Assembly (NCBI GenBank): GCA_016125095.1
Contig: WGMK01000007.1
Span: forward strand, 265,605-329,604
DNA length: 64,000 bases
Direction of reading: 5' to 3'
DNA from: Candidatus Hydrogenedens sp.
Lineage (GTDB): Bacteria > Hydrogenedentota > Hydrogenedentia > Hydrogenedentales > JAEUWI01
The position numbers and the translations under genes are program-made. This document shows, piece by piece, positions 49,656 through 59,895 of this stretch; positions within the stretch are counted from its first letter, which is position 1; the number at the start of each line of letters is the position of its first letter. The notes beneath the pieces were generated by a model. It made no database searches and was not told the DNA's origin. It saw only the letters and a list, made by a program, of their open reading frames with translations.

Positions 49656-49686
49656 TCCTCTCTGTGCCCTCTGTGCCTCTGTGGTG
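49656..49686 (-). repeat. Periodic arm inverted relative to 46967-46997 and 45683-45713
   Basis: TCCTCTCTGTGCCCTCTGTGCCTCTGTGGTG; its reverse complement matches 46967-46997 at 29 of 31 positions. Confidence 0.88.
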
Positions 49687-49760
49687 AACGCATCCGCGCA
49701 AAATTGGCAGCCAGCCGCCGGGTGTACTACGATACCGCTCCCTTCAGGAGTACTCCCCGC

Positions 49761-52322
49761 GTGCCCAGAAAAGACATTGGCGAAGACATTACCCGGCGCT
49801 TTACGCCCGAGGCTGCCCGCGCGCTGCAGGAAGCCATCGACGATGCGGGCGGCCACGAGGTGTTTTTCGCCGGTTCGCTCAACGCCTCGGGCATTGTCGA
49901 ATCCGTCCGCGTCTGCGCCCGGGGCCACGCCAGCGCCGTGCCCGCGCTGTTCGAATCGCTACAAGTGCGAGACGTCGTCATCCACAATCACCCGAGCGGA
50001 CGGCTGGATCCCAGCGACGCCGACCTGCAGCTCGCGTCGATGTACAGCACCCACGGCCATGGGGTCTACATCATCGACAATCCGGCCGAGCGCGTGTATG
50101 TGGTGGTCGAACCCTTCCTCCAGAGCGACCAGCAGCCGCTGCACCCCGAAAAGGTGGCGGGAGAGATCGAGCCGGGAGGACGCTTGTCCGCGGGACTAAA
50201 GGGCTACGAATACCGCGAACAGCAGCGCGATATGGCCGTCGCCGTCATCGACGCGCTGAATCACGACCGCATCACGGTGGTCGAAGCGCCCACGGGCGTG
50301 GGGAAGACCGTGGCTTACCTGCTGCCGGCCATCCACTGGGCCGCGCAGAACAAAGAGCGCGTGGTGGTCTCCACCCGCACCATCAACCTGCAAGAGCAGA
50401 TCATCGAAAAGGATCTGCCCGCCCTCCAGCGCGCCCTCGGCACCGAACTGAGCGCCTGCCTGGTGAAGGGGCGCGGCAACTACCTATGCTGGCGCAAGCT
50501 AAACCGGGCCCTGGGCGAGGCCACCTTATTCGAGGGCGAGGAGCGGCGCGAGCAGCTGAACGAACTCGCCGCCTGGGCCGAGCGAACGCCCGACGGCAGC
50601 CGCTCCGACCTGCCCTTTGTGCCCGCGCGCGACCTGTGGAGCGAGGTCTGTTCCGAGGCGGACAGCTGCGGCTTTTCTCGATGCCCGGATAAGAAGCGCT
50701 GCTTCGTGACCAAGGCGCGGCGCGATATCGCCCGGGCCGATATCGTCGTGGTCAACCACCACCTGCTGTTTTCCGATATCGCCATCAAGCGCGAAACTGG
50801 CGACTTCTCGGCGCTGGCCCTGCTGCCCGCCTACAAGCGCCTAATTCTCGACGAGGCCCACAGCGTGGAAGACAGCGCCACGGAATACTTCGGGGTCTCG
50901 GCCACGCGGCTCGGGGCGCTCGCCACGCTGGGCCGGCTCTACCGCACCGAGCGGCAGCGGCAGCGCGGGCTGCTCCCGCTGTTCAAGGCCAAGCTGATGA
51001 AGGACTGCCACGACCTGCCCATCACGGCCTTCGAGCAGATGCAGGCGGCCATGGACACGCGCATCGAGCCCGCCGTGGCCGACGCGCGCCGCCAGTTAGA
51101 CGACTACTTCGACGCCATCCGCTCGCTTGGGGCCGAACGCTGCGAGGACATCGGTCGCGACATCAAGTGGCGACTGACCGAAGCCGCGCTCGCCGAGCAG
51201 ACCGTGCGCATTTTCCATCAGGAGGTCGTCCATCCGCTGGTCGAGTGCCTCCGCACCCTGTGTACGCTGCTGTTGTCCCTGGCCGAGCGGGCCGGCCGCG
51301 AAGTGAAAAGCGCCCGGGATCCCGAATCGCCGATTGTGGGCGAACTGGCCGAACTGCAGGCCTATGCGCTGCGCCTCGAACGCCTGGCCGAGACCCTGGC
51401 GGAAATCACCTCGCCCCAGTTGCGTGAGAATACCGTCCGCTGGGTCGAATTCGACGCGACCGATTCCCGGCTGGTGCGCGTGGCACGGTGTCCGCTCGAG
51501 GTGGGGGAGCCGCTCGCCGAGGGCGTCTACGAACACCTGCGTTCGGTCGTGCTCACCTCGGCGACGCTCACGGTCAATCAGCGCTTCGACTACCTGTTCT
51601 CGCGGCTGGGCATGGACCGTCTGCCCTCGGAGCGGGTTGTAAGCCGCCGTCTGACCTCGCCGTTCGACTACGCGAACCAGGCGATGCTGGCGATACCCAA
51701 CGACCTGCCCGAGCCGACCTCGCCCGATTTCGGCGAGGCCTCGCATGAGGCGCTGCTTGAATTGCTCAACGCCACCCACGGCGGGGCATTCGTGCTGTTC
51801 ACTTCCTATGCCGCGCTCGACCGCGCCCATCGCGCCCTCATCGGCCCGCTGAACGACGCCGGGCTGACCGTGCACAAGCAGGGCGCGCTGCCGCGGAATG
51901 TGCTGTTGGAGCGCTTCCGGGCCGACCACTGCGGCGTGCTCTTCGCCACAGACAGCTTCTGGGAAGGGGTCGACGTTGCCGGTCAGGCGCTGCGGTGTGT
52001 AGTATTGGTGCGGCTGCCCTTCCGCGTGCCGTCCGAGCCCGTGCTCGAGGCGCGGTCCGAGGCCATCGAGGCCCGCGGAGGCAATGCCTTCATGGATTAC
52101 GCCGTGCCCCAGGCCGCCATCAAGTTCCGGCAGGGCTTCGGCAGGCTCATCCGCCGCAAGTCCGACATCGGCGCCGTCGTGGTGTTGGATCGCCGGATTG
52201 TGACCAAATACTATGGCCGGGTATTTCTAAAATCTCTGCCTGAACTACAGCCGGTGCAAGCCAGCATGCGCGAAATCGCCGAACAGGTGCGCGCGTTTCT
52301 GGCACAACCCAGAGGGGAGTAA
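49761..52322 (+). CDS. dinG: DinG-family Fe-S helicase with N-terminal JAB/RadC-like domain
   Basis: HEVFF...IHNHPSGRLDPSDAD (JAB), YEYREQQ, EAPTGVGKT, KGRGNYLC, C-C-C-C cluster, VVNHHLL, DEAH, TSATL, SPFDY, FWEGVD, RLPF and QGFGRLIR. Start set at GTG after CAGGAG. Confidence 0.9.
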   Translation: MPRKDIGEDITRRFTPEAARALQEAIDDAGGHEVFFAGSLNASGIVESVRVCARGHASAVPALFESLQVRDVVIHNHPSGRLDPSDADLQLASMYSTHGHGVYIIDNPAERVYVVVEPFLQSDQQPLHPEKVAGEIEPGGRLSAGLKGYEYREQQRDMAVAVIDALNHDRITVVEAPTGVGKTVAYLLPAIHWAAQNKERVVVSTRTINLQEQIIEKDLPALQRALGTELSACLVKGRGNYLCWRKLNRALGEATLFEGEERREQLNELAAWAERTPDGSRSDLPFVPARDLWSEVCSEADSCGFSRCPDKKRCFVTKARRDIARADIVVVNHHLLFSDIAIKRETGDFSALALLPAYKRLILDEAHSVEDSATEYFGVSATRLGALATLGRLYRTERQRQRGLLPLFKAKLMKDCHDLPITAFEQMQAAMDTRIEPAVADARRQLDDYFDAIRSLGAERCEDIGRDIKWRLTEAALAEQTVRIFHQEVVHPLVECLRTLCTLLLSLAERAGREVKSARDPESPIVGELAELQAYALRLERLAETLAEITSPQLRENTVRWVEFDATDSRLVRVARCPLEVGEPLAEGVYEHLRSVVLTSATLTVNQRFDYLFSRLGMDRLPSERVVSRRLTSPFDYANQAMLAIPNDLPEPTSPDFGEASHEALLELLNATHGGAFVLFTSYAALDRAHRALIGPLNDAGLTVHKQGALPRNVLLERFRADHCGVLFATDSFWEGVDVAGQALRCVVLVRLPFRVPSEPVLEARSEAIEARGGNAFMDYAVPQAAIKFRQGFGRLIRRKSDIGAVVVLDRRIVTKYYGRVFLKSLPELQPVQASMREIAEQVRAFLAQPRGE

Positions 52323-52326
52323 GCGC

Positions 52327-53703
52327 ATGGCCTCCGAAAGCAACCCGCTCGACATCCGTATCGACATCGCCCGCGCCAAGGCAGCCGCCGTCGGCAGCGA
52401 ACACGGCGTCACCCCTGCGGAGTATGCCGAGATCGAACCCCGCGTGCTCGAGATTCACCGGATCCTGGAGCAAGAACGGCGCGACGGGAAGTACGGCTTC
52501 TACGACCTCTACAAGGATACCGACGCGCTAGAGGCGGTCAAGGCCGCAGCCACAAAGTTCGCCGCCTTTGAGTACGAAAACCTCGTGGTGCTGGGCATCG
52601 GCGGTTCGGCGCTGGGCATCACGGCGCTGAACACCGCGCTCAACCCGCCCTTCTACAACATGATGACCAAGGCCGCCCGCAAGCGCCGGCCGCGCCTGTT
52701 CGTGATGGACAACATCGACCCGCTTACCTTCAAGCAGATGATGCGGATGTGCCCGCCGAAGAAGTCGCTGTATGTGTCGATCTCCAAATCCGGCGGCACG
52801 GCCGAGACGACCTCGCAAACGATGATCGTGCTCGACGCGCTGGAGCAGAAGCTCGGCAAGGACGGGGTCAAGGACCACCTCGTGGTCATCACCAGCCCAC
52901 GCGTGCCCGGCGCTCCCAAGAGCCTGCTGCACCCGGTGGCCGACGAATACGGCCTGACCTCGCTCGACATTCCGCTGAACGTGGGGGGGCGCTTCTCGGT
53001 CTTTACGCCGGTGGGCCTGTTTCCGGCGGCGCTGCTGGGCATGGACCTGGATGCCATAATGGCGGGCTGCGCCGCGATGGACGCGCGCACTTCGGCCGCC
53101 AGCCTGCACGACAACCCGGCCTACCTGCGGGCCGCCACGCAATACCTGCTCGATACCCGCAAGGGCAAGGTCATGTCCGTCATGATGCCCTACGCCGATG
53201 CCCTCCGCGATGTGGCCGACTGGTACCGGCAGCTGTGGGCGGAAAGCCTGGGCAAGCGCCTCAGCCTGGACGGGGCCGAAGTTTTCACCGGACAGACGCC
53301 CGTGAAGGCGCTCGGTGCGACCGACCAGCATTCGCAGGTGCAGCTTTATGCTGAGGGCCCGAATGACAAAGTATTTAACGTCATCGAGGCCGCCAGCTTC
53401 GGAAGCACCCTGAAGATTCCCGCGAACCTCACCAGCATTTCCGAGTTGGAATACCTTCGTGGCAAGAGCATGAACAAGCTCATGTCGGCGGAACTGCGCG
53501 GCACCATCGATGCGCTGAAAGATGCCTCCCGCCCCGTAATCAAAATCTCGCTGCCGCGCGTGAACGCGCACACGGTGTCCCAGCTGCTCTACATGCTCGA
53601 AGTCGAGACCGCGATGGCCGGCCGCCTGTATAACGTGGACGCCTTCAATCAACCGGGCGTCGAGGCGGGCAAGATCATCGCGCGCAAACTGATGGGCGCG
53701 TAG
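52327..53703 (+). CDS. pgi: Glucose-6-phosphate isomerase
   Basis: GIGGSALG, SKSGGTAET, VGGRFSV, QLWAESLGK, DQHSQVQLY and FNQPGVEAGK. Confidence 0.95.
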   Translation: MASESNPLDIRIDIARAKAAAVGSEHGVTPAEYAEIEPRVLEIHRILEQERRDGKYGFYDLYKDTDALEAVKAAATKFAAFEYENLVVLGIGGSALGITALNTALNPPFYNMMTKAARKRRPRLFVMDNIDPLTFKQMMRMCPPKKSLYVSISKSGGTAETTSQTMIVLDALEQKLGKDGVKDHLVVITSPRVPGAPKSLLHPVADEYGLTSLDIPLNVGGRFSVFTPVGLFPAALLGMDLDAIMAGCAAMDARTSAASLHDNPAYLRAATQYLLDTRKGKVMSVMMPYADALRDVADWYRQLWAESLGKRLSLDGAEVFTGQTPVKALGATDQHSQVQLYAEGPNDKVFNVIEAASFGSTLKIPANLTSISELEYLRGKSMNKLMSAELRGTIDALKDASRPVIKISLPRVNAHTVSQLLYMLEVETAMAGRLYNVDAFNQPGVEAGKIIARKLMGA

Positions 53704-53712
53704 ACCGCCGCA

Positions 53713-55302
53713 ATGAAAGAACTTCGCATTCCCGAATACGGCGTCGGAGCCGATGTGCCCGCCCTGCGCCGCGGACGCTGGTCGTTCCGGTTCGGCGTGG
53801 CCGCCGTCGTGCTGCTCACGTTCTCGCTCTGGCTTTCAGAACGCTACCTGCGCTTCGACCTGAACGAAACGCAGTACATCATGGCGCTGACCATGCACCC
53901 CGACAGCGCCCGGCCCGTGCTGCGCAACGTCCTCAAGCGCGAAACCGACTCCGGGCAGCCCATCGTTGCACGGCATGCCGAGGCGCTGGCCGATGTCGAG
54001 GAACCCGATATTCTGCTCGCCCGCTATGCCGAGGCCTACCAGCTCGACCCGGGCAACTGGAGCCTTGTGCTGAACTACGGCACGCGGCTGTGGGGAGCGG
54101 GCAAGTTCGCCGAGGCCCGGGAACGCTTCCGCGAAGCCTCCGTGCATGCGCCCGACAACGCCCTGCCGCGCTACCTGGAGGCGGCTGCGCTCGTCCTGTC
54201 GCGGCCCGACAACCCCGACTATGCCGAGGCCATGGCGCTCATCGAACGTGCCAATGTGTCCGGCTATCCCGCGCGCTTTCCCACGCCGCTCTGGCATGTC
54301 TCGATTCCAGCCAGCGGCAACTGGTACGCCCAGAAGCAGCGCCTGATCATCGACCGCTGCTGCGCGCCGCTCTACCGGTTCAATGCGGCCATGGTGGCCG
54401 CGGCACGCGCGTCGGCCGACGACCAGACCCGGGTACAATGGGAAACCTGGTTCGAAACCATGGAACGCATGGGGCAAAACCTGGTGGGCGACGTGGATAC
54501 CCCGGCCGAATCCCTCGGGGCGCCCCAGGCGGTGGCGGGGTTGAACATTCAGATCGACGCCATTGATTCTCGCCTGTGGCTCGCGGACGCTGATGCGGCC
54601 GAGCCCGACCCCGCGTTGAGTGAGCGCAAGGGACGACTTTTGGCGGCCAAGGACAAGCTCGCGGCCTTCGAAGACGCCCGGCAGAATATCATTGGCGCGC
54701 ACCAGCAAGTGATTCTCGCGCCAGTCATTTTCGCTCTCACGACCTTTCTCCTTTTTCTCGCCGTTTGGACGCTTGCCTTGCTCATCGACCGCATCTTCTG
54801 GAAAGGCAGTCTCGGAGAGAACGCTCAGCATGCGCTTTGGGGCAATCTCTGGTTCGGCGGCGCGGGCGCCGGATTCCTGGCGCTGTATATCGCGTTCGCG
54901 TTCCTGCAGCACGTTCACCCCATCGCCACCCAGATGACCATGATGGCCTCGCTGATCTGGATGGCGCTCGTGGCGGTGCTGCTCGCGGGCGCACCAGTGT
55001 ATCCTTACATCTTGCTACCCTCGGCGCGCTCGAGGATTGATGCGCTGGCAATAGCGGAGGACGACAAGGACACCGCCCATTTCGTACGGCGCGCCCGGCT
55101 CGATGCCTACCTGTCCCTCATGCGCCGATACCTCGGGATTGCGCTGGGGGTGTTTCTGATCGCGTCGTGCACCTGGTTCCTCGGGGTGCGCATCGTGACC
55201 GGGCTCTATCCGACGCAGGTCGAACTGATGGCGTCCGGTCTGCGCCCCGAGGAAATTGCACTTATCACGGAAATCATTCGGCTTACGCCGGGGTTGTCTT
55301 GA
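53713..55302 (+). CDS. Membrane protein with periplasmic TPR-like region
   Basis: N-terminal TM, YAEAYQLDPGN / EARERFREA...PDNA helical repeats, four C-terminal TMs. Confidence 0.65.
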   Translation: MKELRIPEYGVGADVPALRRGRWSFRFGVAAVVLLTFSLWLSERYLRFDLNETQYIMALTMHPDSARPVLRNVLKRETDSGQPIVARHAEALADVEEPDILLARYAEAYQLDPGNWSLVLNYGTRLWGAGKFAEARERFREASVHAPDNALPRYLEAAALVLSRPDNPDYAEAMALIERANVSGYPARFPTPLWHVSIPASGNWYAQKQRLIIDRCCAPLYRFNAAMVAAARASADDQTRVQWETWFETMERMGQNLVGDVDTPAESLGAPQAVAGLNIQIDAIDSRLWLADADAAEPDPALSERKGRLLAAKDKLAAFEDARQNIIGAHQQVILAPVIFALTTFLLFLAVWTLALLIDRIFWKGSLGENAQHALWGNLWFGGAGAGFLALYIAFAFLQHVHPIATQMTMMASLIWMALVAVLLAGAPVYPYILLPSARSRIDALAIAEDDKDTAHFVRRARLDAYLSLMRRYLGIALGVFLIASCTWFLGVRIVTGLYPTQVELMASGLRPEEIALITEIIRLTPGLS

Positions 55303-55420
55303 GTCTAGGCCCATCCGCCGAATCGGGAACATCCCATGCCTTCTCCCTTTCGCCTGTGAATTCTGTAGTTAGTGAGTCCACACCCCGAAAACTGCGGCCA
55401 ATAGTCAAGAATCGTTCCGA

Positions 55421-55450
55421 TTGACTCCCTCTCACAAATCACGATATACT
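55421..55450 (+). promoter_or_regulatory. Sigma-70 promoter
   Basis: TTGACT-N18-TATACT about 100 bp upstream of the regulator gene. Confidence 0.65.
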
Positions 55451-55550
55451 CACCCCGATAGAGCGCTTATACTGAGAATTCTAACCCCTGCTGTGGTCAT
55501 CATGCGGCTCAGCCTGCCGGGTTGGATGCGAAATTAGAGGAAACGGTGCG

Positions 55551-56132
55551 ATGAGTGATAGAGAAAGTAAAGCATATACCACGTTCGAGGCGGCGCGGAT
55601 TTGCCATGTGACGCACCATAGCATCAAGAACTGGATCAAGCAGGGCTTGATTAAGGCATCGCGCACGCCGGGCGGCCACTACCGCATTCTCGAGCACGAC
55701 CTCGACGCCTTCCGCGAGCAGTACGACATGTTTCCGCGCGACAAGGGACCGCTGAAAAAGCGCGTCATGATTGTCGATGACGACGAGGACGCGCTGACCT
55801 TGACCGAGAAGATCCTCGATACCGAGGGCTACGAACTCATCAAGGTGACCAATGCGACCGAGGTGGGCATCAAGGCGGCGCAACTGGTGCCGGACCTGAT
55901 TCTGCTCGATTTCCTCATGCCGGAAATCAACGGGTTTGAAGTGTGCAAGGCCCTGCGCGATAATGAACTCACGCGCAGCATTCCGATCATGGCGGTGACC
56001 TGCCTGAGCAAAGAACGGGACATCGAGCGTATCTTCGAATGCGGCGCTGACGAGTATCTGGCGAAGCCGTTCAAGGTGGAGCAACTGCTCGAGAAGGTAC
56101 GCGATCTCGCAGGCAAAGGCCGTTCGGCTTAA
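55551..56132 (+). CDS. Response regulator with N-terminal excisionase-like (HTH_17/MerR-type) DNA-binding domain
   Basis: YTTFEAARIC.V...IKNWI..G.IKASRTPGGHYRI, then REC IVDDD / LLDFLMP / AKPF. Confidence 0.9.
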   Translation: MSDRESKAYTTFEAARICHVTHHSIKNWIKQGLIKASRTPGGHYRILEHDLDAFREQYDMFPRDKGPLKKRVMIVDDDEDALTLTEKILDTEGYELIKVTNATEVGIKAAQLVPDLILLDFLMPEINGFEVCKALRDNELTRSIPIMAVTCLSKERDIERIFECGADEYLAKPFKVEQLLEKVRDLAGKGRSA

Positions 56133-56181
56133 ACCGCCCACGGCCCGGCGGGCTCTGCGGCGAAAGGGAGTCCGCTAGCCG

Positions 56182-59100
56182 GTGTTGCGTAAACGTCAGG
56201 CCCGGGGGGGTATTGAACGCAAGTTCGTGACGTCCATCCTGTGGGTGGGCGTTATCCCGATGGCGCTGGCGCTCATCATTGGCTACGTCTTCGCCCGCGA
56301 AGGGCAGCAGATCGCCGTTCACCAGAACCTTGCCACGGCCGTACAGACCACCGCAGGCGGCATCCGCCAGACCCTCGAGCAGCAATTGCAGGTGCTCGAG
56401 TTCGTCGCCCACGATCCGGAGGTCATCGCCCGGCTCATGGCGCACGGTGACTTTGCGTCGTCCCGCGTACCCACCGTACTTGAACGTGTATCTGCCGCCG
56501 ACAGCGGACATCTCTTGTCCTATTTCGTGCTCTACGATGCCCAGGGTTGCCTGCTACTGAATTCGCCCTCGGGTCCGCCTGTGCCGCCCGGGGTGCCCGA
56601 TTGGCTGGGCGAAGTGTCCGAGACGCAATTCGTCGATTTCCTCTACAGCGGCGAAACCGGGCGTTACTATAATTACTTGGTGGCCCCGGTGCGCGACCCG
56701 TCGGACGACGAGATTATCGGCTACCTGGGCGAGCGCCGCGATGTCCACGAATTACTGCGTTCGCTGTTGCAGGACCATCGTAACGGGCGCGGCAATCTCT
56801 CCGACCCGAATCGCTACGAATTGATCAATATCGGCGCCGATGGTCAATTCGTGGTGTATCTCGACGAGCGATCGGGGGCGGAGGCGCCTCCGCCGAAGTA
56901 TTACGCGCTCGACCACGAGCTGGCCGAGCGGCTTGGCGCGCCGACTGCACCGGTGATGGATTCGTTTTACGAGAGCAACTACGACACCCGCGGCGAGTCT
57001 ATCCGCGCGCTGATGGCGTACCACCGCCTCGACCCGCAGCGCGAGCTCTATCTGCTGGCCTACCGCGACGCTTCGGACGTGTTCTGGATTATCAATCTCG
57101 GGGCGGCGCTCACCCTGTTCGTCACCAGCATGGTCATCGGCGTGTTTCTTATTGTGGCCTACCGGAACGTGAACAACAACATCATCCGGCCGGTATCCCT
57201 GCTGAATGAGGGCGCGCAAATCGTCCGGCAGGGCGACCTCGACCTCAAGCTCATCATCGACACGGGCGACGAGATCGAAGAACTGGCGATGTCATTCAAC
57301 AAGATGGCGACGGCACTGCGCCAGAACATTTCCCAGTTGGAGGAATCGGAAGAGCGGTATCGCAGCCTGTTCGATTCCATGCGCGACGGCGTATTCCAGA
57401 CCACGGCCGACGGCCGCATTACCCTCATGAATCCTGCCGGTCTCGCCATCCTGGGCTATGACGCCCAGGAGACGAGTGCCGACATCTCGTTCGAGTCCCT
57501 GTTCGTCGAGGAAATGGACCTGGCGCGCGTGACGCACGAACTCGAGCGCGAGCGCTTTATCGAGCGGACGCGCGTGTGGATGCGGCGGCGCGACGGACGG
57601 TCGATTTGCGTCGAGCTTGCTGCGGGCCGCGTATTCGACGAAGGGTTGTACGTGGGGCTCGAGGGCACCTTCCAGGACGTGACCCAGAACGTCCGCCTGG
57701 AGCGGGAAGCCCGCGAGCGCTCCGAGCGCATCAGCGCCATCAACACCATCGCCAACGTGATCAACTCCAGCCTAGAATCCGGCATGGTGTACGAGAGCCT
57801 CGTGGACGAGGTGCGGAAGCTGACCGATTTCGACTATGCCGCCGTGGCGCTTCGCGACATGGACCGGGCCGCCGGCGACGAGTCGCCGATCAAATTTCTA
57901 ACGCGCCAGCTCTGGCCTGAAACGGGCCGCAATCAGGCCCTCCGCGAAGACAGCGACGGCTCCTGCGCGGGCTGGGTGGCGCGGTACGAGTCCAGCCTGC
58001 TTATCAACAACCTGCCCGAGAGCGACCCGCCCTTCACCGACCAGTTCCCGCACGACATACGCAGCTGCCTTTGCGTGCCGCTGTATGCCTCGGGCCGCAT
58101 TATCGGCACGTTGAACATCGCCTCGAAGTCCTACCACGCCTTTACCCAGCAGCACGCGGGCGCGCTCGAGGAAATGGCCCCGCACGTGGCCGTGGCCATC
58201 CGTAACGCCCAGCTGCTGGACAACCTGCAGCGCGCGCTCGAGGAAGCCACCCGCGCCCGCGAACGCCTGCACGAGGCGAACGAAGAACTCAAGACGCTCG
58301 ACGAGATGAAGACCAACCTCTTGTCGAACGTCTCGCATGAACTGCGCACCCCGCTCGTGGCGGTCATGGGCTATACCGACATGATCCTGAACCGGAAGGT
58401 CGGCCCCATCAACGAGGTGCAGGAAGACTACCTGAGCATCAGCCTGCGCAACATCGAAAAGCTGGTCAGCCTCATTGAGAACCTGCTCGACTTCTCGCGC
58501 CTGAACCGCGGCGACGAGGACATCTGCTTCGATACCTTCGACCTGGCGGACTGCGTGCGCACCAGCATTCAGGTGGTGCGTCCGCTTGCCGACAAGCGCA
58601 CCATCGCCGTGGGATACGAGATCATCGACGCCTCCGAGGCCGAATGGATCAAGGTGGAGGGGGACCACCCGGTGCTGGTGGAGGGCGACAAGGGCAAGAT
58701 GGGGCAGGTATTCACCAACCTGCTGTCCAACGCCGTCAAGTTCAACCAGAGCGAGGGGCGGGTCGATGTCACGCTGAAGATGACCAGCGACTTCGTCGAG
58801 GTCTCGGTGTCCGACACCGGCATCGGCATCCCCGAGAAGGAACAGGACCGCATCTTCAACCGCTTCTACCAGGTCGATAGCTCGTCCACGCGCAAGTACG
58901 GCGGCACGGGCATCGGGCTGGCCATCGTGCAGGATATCGTGCGTCTGCACGGCAGCAACATCACCGTGAGCAGCAAAGAGGGAGAGGGCACGACGTTCCG
59001 CTTCACGCTGCCGCTCAGCCCCACGCAGCGCCGGGCCTCCTCAGACCCCGAGCAGCCGCACCTGCCCCTGCCCACCGAGACACACCTGCTGGTGGAACTG

Positions 59101-59853
59101 CTGACCCAGGACCGCGCCCTGAGCAACCAGATCCGCAGCATGCTGGTGGCGGACGGCATGGACGTGATTCACGCGGCCTATCCGGCGGTGGCGCTCTCGC
59201 TCGCCAACAAATACAGCCCCGACTGTATCATCGTTGATACCGAGGCCGGTCCGCTGGGCAGCGTGGTACTCGAGGAGATCCTCTCGGACCCCTCGGCCTG
59301 CAATCTGCCCATCATCCTGCTGACCAACGACGACTCGCTGCTGGAACAATACAAGGACAAGGTCGCGGCACGCGTGAAGCGCGGCTTCCGTAAAAGCACC
59401 CTGCTCGGCGGAATCCACTACGCCCTCAGCAAGGGCGTATCCGAGGCGGAACAGCTGGGCAACAAGGTGCTGTGTGTCGACGACGACGAGGAAATCCAGC
59501 GTTTTATCACGCGATGCCTTATCAACGACGGGTACGATGTCGAGACCTGCAACAACGGGGAAGAGGCGCTGCGCTTGCTGGATACGGGCGAGTACTGGAT
59601 GGTACTGCTGGACATCGCCATGCCGGGCATCGATGGCTGGGAAACCTGCGCGCGCATTCGGAGGAACCCGCGCCTGGCGGGCATGCGCATCCACATGGTG
59701 ACCGCGAAGCCGGTGGAACAGGCCACCTCGAAGCTGACCCAGGCCGGCGCGGACGGCTTTCTCCTCAAGCCTTTCAAGTCCGAGGAATTACTGGAACTCT
59801 TCGCGGGGTTCCAGTGGCGCAAACACGAACCCGATTCGAGTATCCTTACCTAG
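56182..59853 (+). CDS. Membrane hybrid sensor kinase (extracellular sensor-HAMP-PAS-GAF-HisKA-HATPase-degenerate REC-REC)
   Basis: Two TMs, TGDEIEELAMSFNKM, PAS MNPAG, GAF LCVPL, SHELRTPL, NLLSNAVKF, GGTGIGLAI, terminal VDDD / LLDIAMP / LKPF. Confidence 0.92.
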   Translation: MLRKRQARGGIERKFVTSILWVGVIPMALALIIGYVFAREGQQIAVHQNLATAVQTTAGGIRQTLEQQLQVLEFVAHDPEVIARLMAHGDFASSRVPTVLERVSAADSGHLLSYFVLYDAQGCLLLNSPSGPPVPPGVPDWLGEVSETQFVDFLYSGETGRYYNYLVAPVRDPSDDEIIGYLGERRDVHELLRSLLQDHRNGRGNLSDPNRYELINIGADGQFVVYLDERSGAEAPPPKYYALDHELAERLGAPTAPVMDSFYESNYDTRGESIRALMAYHRLDPQRELYLLAYRDASDVFWIINLGAALTLFVTSMVIGVFLIVAYRNVNNNIIRPVSLLNEGAQIVRQGDLDLKLIIDTGDEIEELAMSFNKMATALRQNISQLEESEERYRSLFDSMRDGVFQTTADGRITLMNPAGLAILGYDAQETSADISFESLFVEEMDLARVTHELERERFIERTRVWMRRRDGRSICVELAAGRVFDEGLYVGLEGTFQDVTQNVRLEREARERSERISAINTIANVINSSLESGMVYESLVDEVRKLTDFDYAAVALRDMDRAAGDESPIKFLTRQLWPETGRNQALREDSDGSCAGWVARYESSLLINNLPESDPPFTDQFPHDIRSCLCVPLYASGRIIGTLNIASKSYHAFTQQHAGALEEMAPHVAVAIRNAQLLDNLQRALEEATRARERLHEANEELKTLDEMKTNLLSNVSHELRTPLVAVMGYTDMILNRKVGPINEVQEDYLSISLRNIEKLVSLIENLLDFSRLNRGDEDICFDTFDLADCVRTSIQVVRPLADKRTIAVGYEIIDASEAEWIKVEGDHPVLVEGDKGKMGQVFTNLLSNAVKFNQSEGRVDVTLKMTSDFVEVSVSDTGIGIPEKEQDRIFNRFYQVDSSSTRKYGGTGIGLAIVQDIVRLHGSNITVSSKEGEGTTFRFTLPLSPTQRRASSDPEQPHLPLPTETHLLVELLTQDRALSNQIRSMLVADGMDVIHAAYPAVALSLANKYSPDCIIVDTEAGPLGSVVLEEILSDPSACNLPIILLTNDDSLLEQYKDKVAARVKRGFRKSTLLGGIHYALSKGVSEAEQLGNKVLCVDDDEEIQRFITRCLINDGYDVETCNNGEEALRLLDTGEYWMVLLDIAMPGIDGWETCARIRRNPRLAGMRIHMVTAKPVEQATSKLTQAGADGFLLKPFKSEELLELFAGFQWRKHEPDSSILT

Positions 59854-59895
59854 TTCCCCGCCCACCCCAGCGCAGCCTTTCCCTGACAGGAGCAT

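Noticed and set aside
49761-52322. JAB domain as CBASS Cap3, or DinG as type IV CRISPR CasDinG
   Set aside because: No cyclase, E1/E2, cas genes or array. The JAB is the RadC-like HNHPSG type and the gene is coupled to pgi.
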